Program-made: the position numbers and the translations under genes
Part shown: in pieces, positions 54,480 to 55,720 of the stretch
Layout of the letters: each line of letters begins with the position of its first letter
Position numbering within the stretch: position 1 is the first letter of the stretch
Source of the DNA: a virus
Lineage: Duplodnaviria; Caudoviricetes
Length of the DNA: 55,720 bases
Virus record (IMG/VR): IMGVR_UViG_3300022685_000009
Location: 1 to 55,720 of that record
Direction: 5' to 3' (one strand)
The notes under the pieces: model-generated
The model's input: the letters and a program-made list of their open reading frames with translations, nothing else
The model's database searches: none
What the model was told of the DNA's origin: nothing

Positions 54480-54719
54480 GTGAGCCGAAAACTATTTTTC
54501 TTTGAAGGCCGCAACACAGGCATCGTCGCAAACTCCGCCGCCGAGGCGCGGAAGAAGAAAAAGCGCGGTGGTGATAAGATCGTTGCTGTGAGGTCGCTCT
54601 CCGCTGCCGACAAGAAGGCAGCGGCGAAGAACCGTTGGATTCGCACTCGCAAGGACGGCAAGTCACCAGCCAAAAGTAAGCACGGAAAAGGGAGGGGCTA
54701 CGGGCCACCGAGAAAGTGA
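54480..54719 (+). CDS. Small highly basic protein
   Basis: GAGG RBS; K/R-rich. Confidence 0.6.
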   Translation: MSRKLFFFEGRNTGIVANSAAEARKKKKRGGDKIVAVRSLSAADKKAAAKNRWIRTRKDGKSPAKSKHGKGRGYGPPRK

Positions 54720-54726
54720 ACACCAC

Positions 54727-55524
54727 ATGAACGTTTTTAGAGACCCAGTAGACGAGTGGCTCAAGGAGACTATCGGCTCCGCGTCCAACAAAATGGTCAC
54801 GCTGCTGGACAAGCTGACTGACCAACAGTACCTGTTTTGTCTGGAGTACGTGAAATGCGGTTCGCCGAGAAAGGCCGCCGAAAAGGCGAAACTGCCGAAG
54901 TCGTCCAACCCCCATATGCTCGTGCATCTACCCAAGGTGGCGGCCTGCATAAACATCCTGAACGCCAAGCGTGAGGCGGACGCCGGCGAGAAGTCTACCG
55001 CCGAGATCGTGGATCGCCTGAGCAAGACGCCTCTGCTGGAGGAAGACGATTTCGACTTCTCCGAGGACGCCGTGCTGGATCGCGAGGAGAAGCTCGCTCC
55101 CAACGGGGAGGCATTGAAGGGCCAGTCTGCCAACGAGCTGCTAGAGAACGTTCACGCTGCCACGGTGGATAACGGCATCATGCAGCTCCCCAAGGTCAAG
55201 GTGCCGCAGGCCCAGTCTTTCGGCCCGCAGTGGATTATCGAGCGGTTTGTGACTGTAGCCGAGCGGTGTCTTCAGATCGAGCCGGTGTACGACCGCAAGG
55301 GTCGCCCGATCGGCCAGTTCAAGTTCGAAGCCAACGCCGCGTTGAAGGCGCTGGAGATGTTGGGCAAGACCATGGCCATGTTCCGTGACCGGGTGGAGGT
55401 CGCGCACGAGGTGCAGAACTTCTCCGATCAGGAGCTGGATGGCCGCCTCAAGGTGCTGGCCGAGCAGTTCCCCGAGTTCAAGACGCTGATTGAGGGGGAG
55501 GTTGAAGTTGTCAACGCCGACTGA
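54727..55524 (+). CDS. terS: Terminase small subunit
   Basis: LTDQQYLFCLEY...AAEKA N-terminal pattern; KALEMLGK..MF; directly precedes terL. Confidence 0.75.
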   Translation: MNVFRDPVDEWLKETIGSASNKMVTLLDKLTDQQYLFCLEYVKCGSPRKAAEKAKLPKSSNPHMLVHLPKVAACINILNAKREADAGEKSTAEIVDRLSKTPLLEEDDFDFSEDAVLDREEKLAPNGEALKGQSANELLENVHAATVDNGIMQLPKVKVPQAQSFGPQWIIERFVTVAERCLQIEPVYDRKGRPIGQFKFEANAALKALEMLGKTMAMFRDRVEVAHEVQNFSDQELDGRLKVLAEQFPEFKTLIEGEVEVVNAD

Positions 55525-55720
55525 AATTCCGTTCGAAGCGACCAAAGCTGGATTGCCGGAAGACAAACGCGCCGCAAAAGAAGAACTTCTCAAACTGCTG
55601 GAAGAGCGAGTCAAACGAAAGAACGAGTCAAAACTCCACGACTTTTTCACCGACACCGGTCCCAACTCCCGCGACGGTTACCGCAAGCACATCGCGTTCT
55701 TCAACGCCGGACGTGATTAT
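55508..55720 (+). CDS. terL: Terminase large subunit, N-terminal part (continues at base 61)
   Basis: GAGGGGGAG RBS, TTG start, open frame MSTPTEIPF...YRKHIAFF in register with frame 1. Confidence 0.8.
   Translation, partial: MSTPTEIPFEATKAGLPEDKRAAKEELLKLLEERVKRKNESKLHDFFTDTGPNSRDGYRKHIAFFNAGRDY

Overview
The window is an apparently complete circular (or circularly permuted) dsDNA phage genome of about 55,660 bp; bases 1-60 equal 55661-55720. It is podovirus-like and GC-rich, and the host is probably a proteobacterium (inference). The rightward arm (47100 across the join to 25288) holds a double-HTH protein, tail fibre, terS, terL carrying a class-3-type LAGLIDADG intein, portal, scaffold, an N4-gp56-like capsid, adaptor/nozzle, ejection proteins and a 2717-aa polyvalent virion protein (SLT + ART-like + LPD38-like). 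The leftward arm (45793 to 25285) holds small early genes, an AAA+/vWA-metallopeptidase trio, a split family-A DNA polymerase, a Cas4-like nuclease, VRR-NUC, a SNF2 helicase, an SSB-like protein and a primase-helicase. I recognised no integrase, tRNA, CRISPR array or canonical endolysin. Two signals stand out. (1) A 17-bp palindrome, YTGCTAAG-N-CTTAGCRR, occurs 13 times in 38.2-46.3 kb, mostly at gene boundaries, dividing the early genes into cassette-like units; one further copy lies in a tail gene. (2) A perfect bacterial chromosomal parS site (TGTTCCACGTGGAACA) lies inside the giant virion gene, directly beside codons for four beta-clamp-binding-like motifs. All protein family calls come from motif recognition by eye, not database searches.
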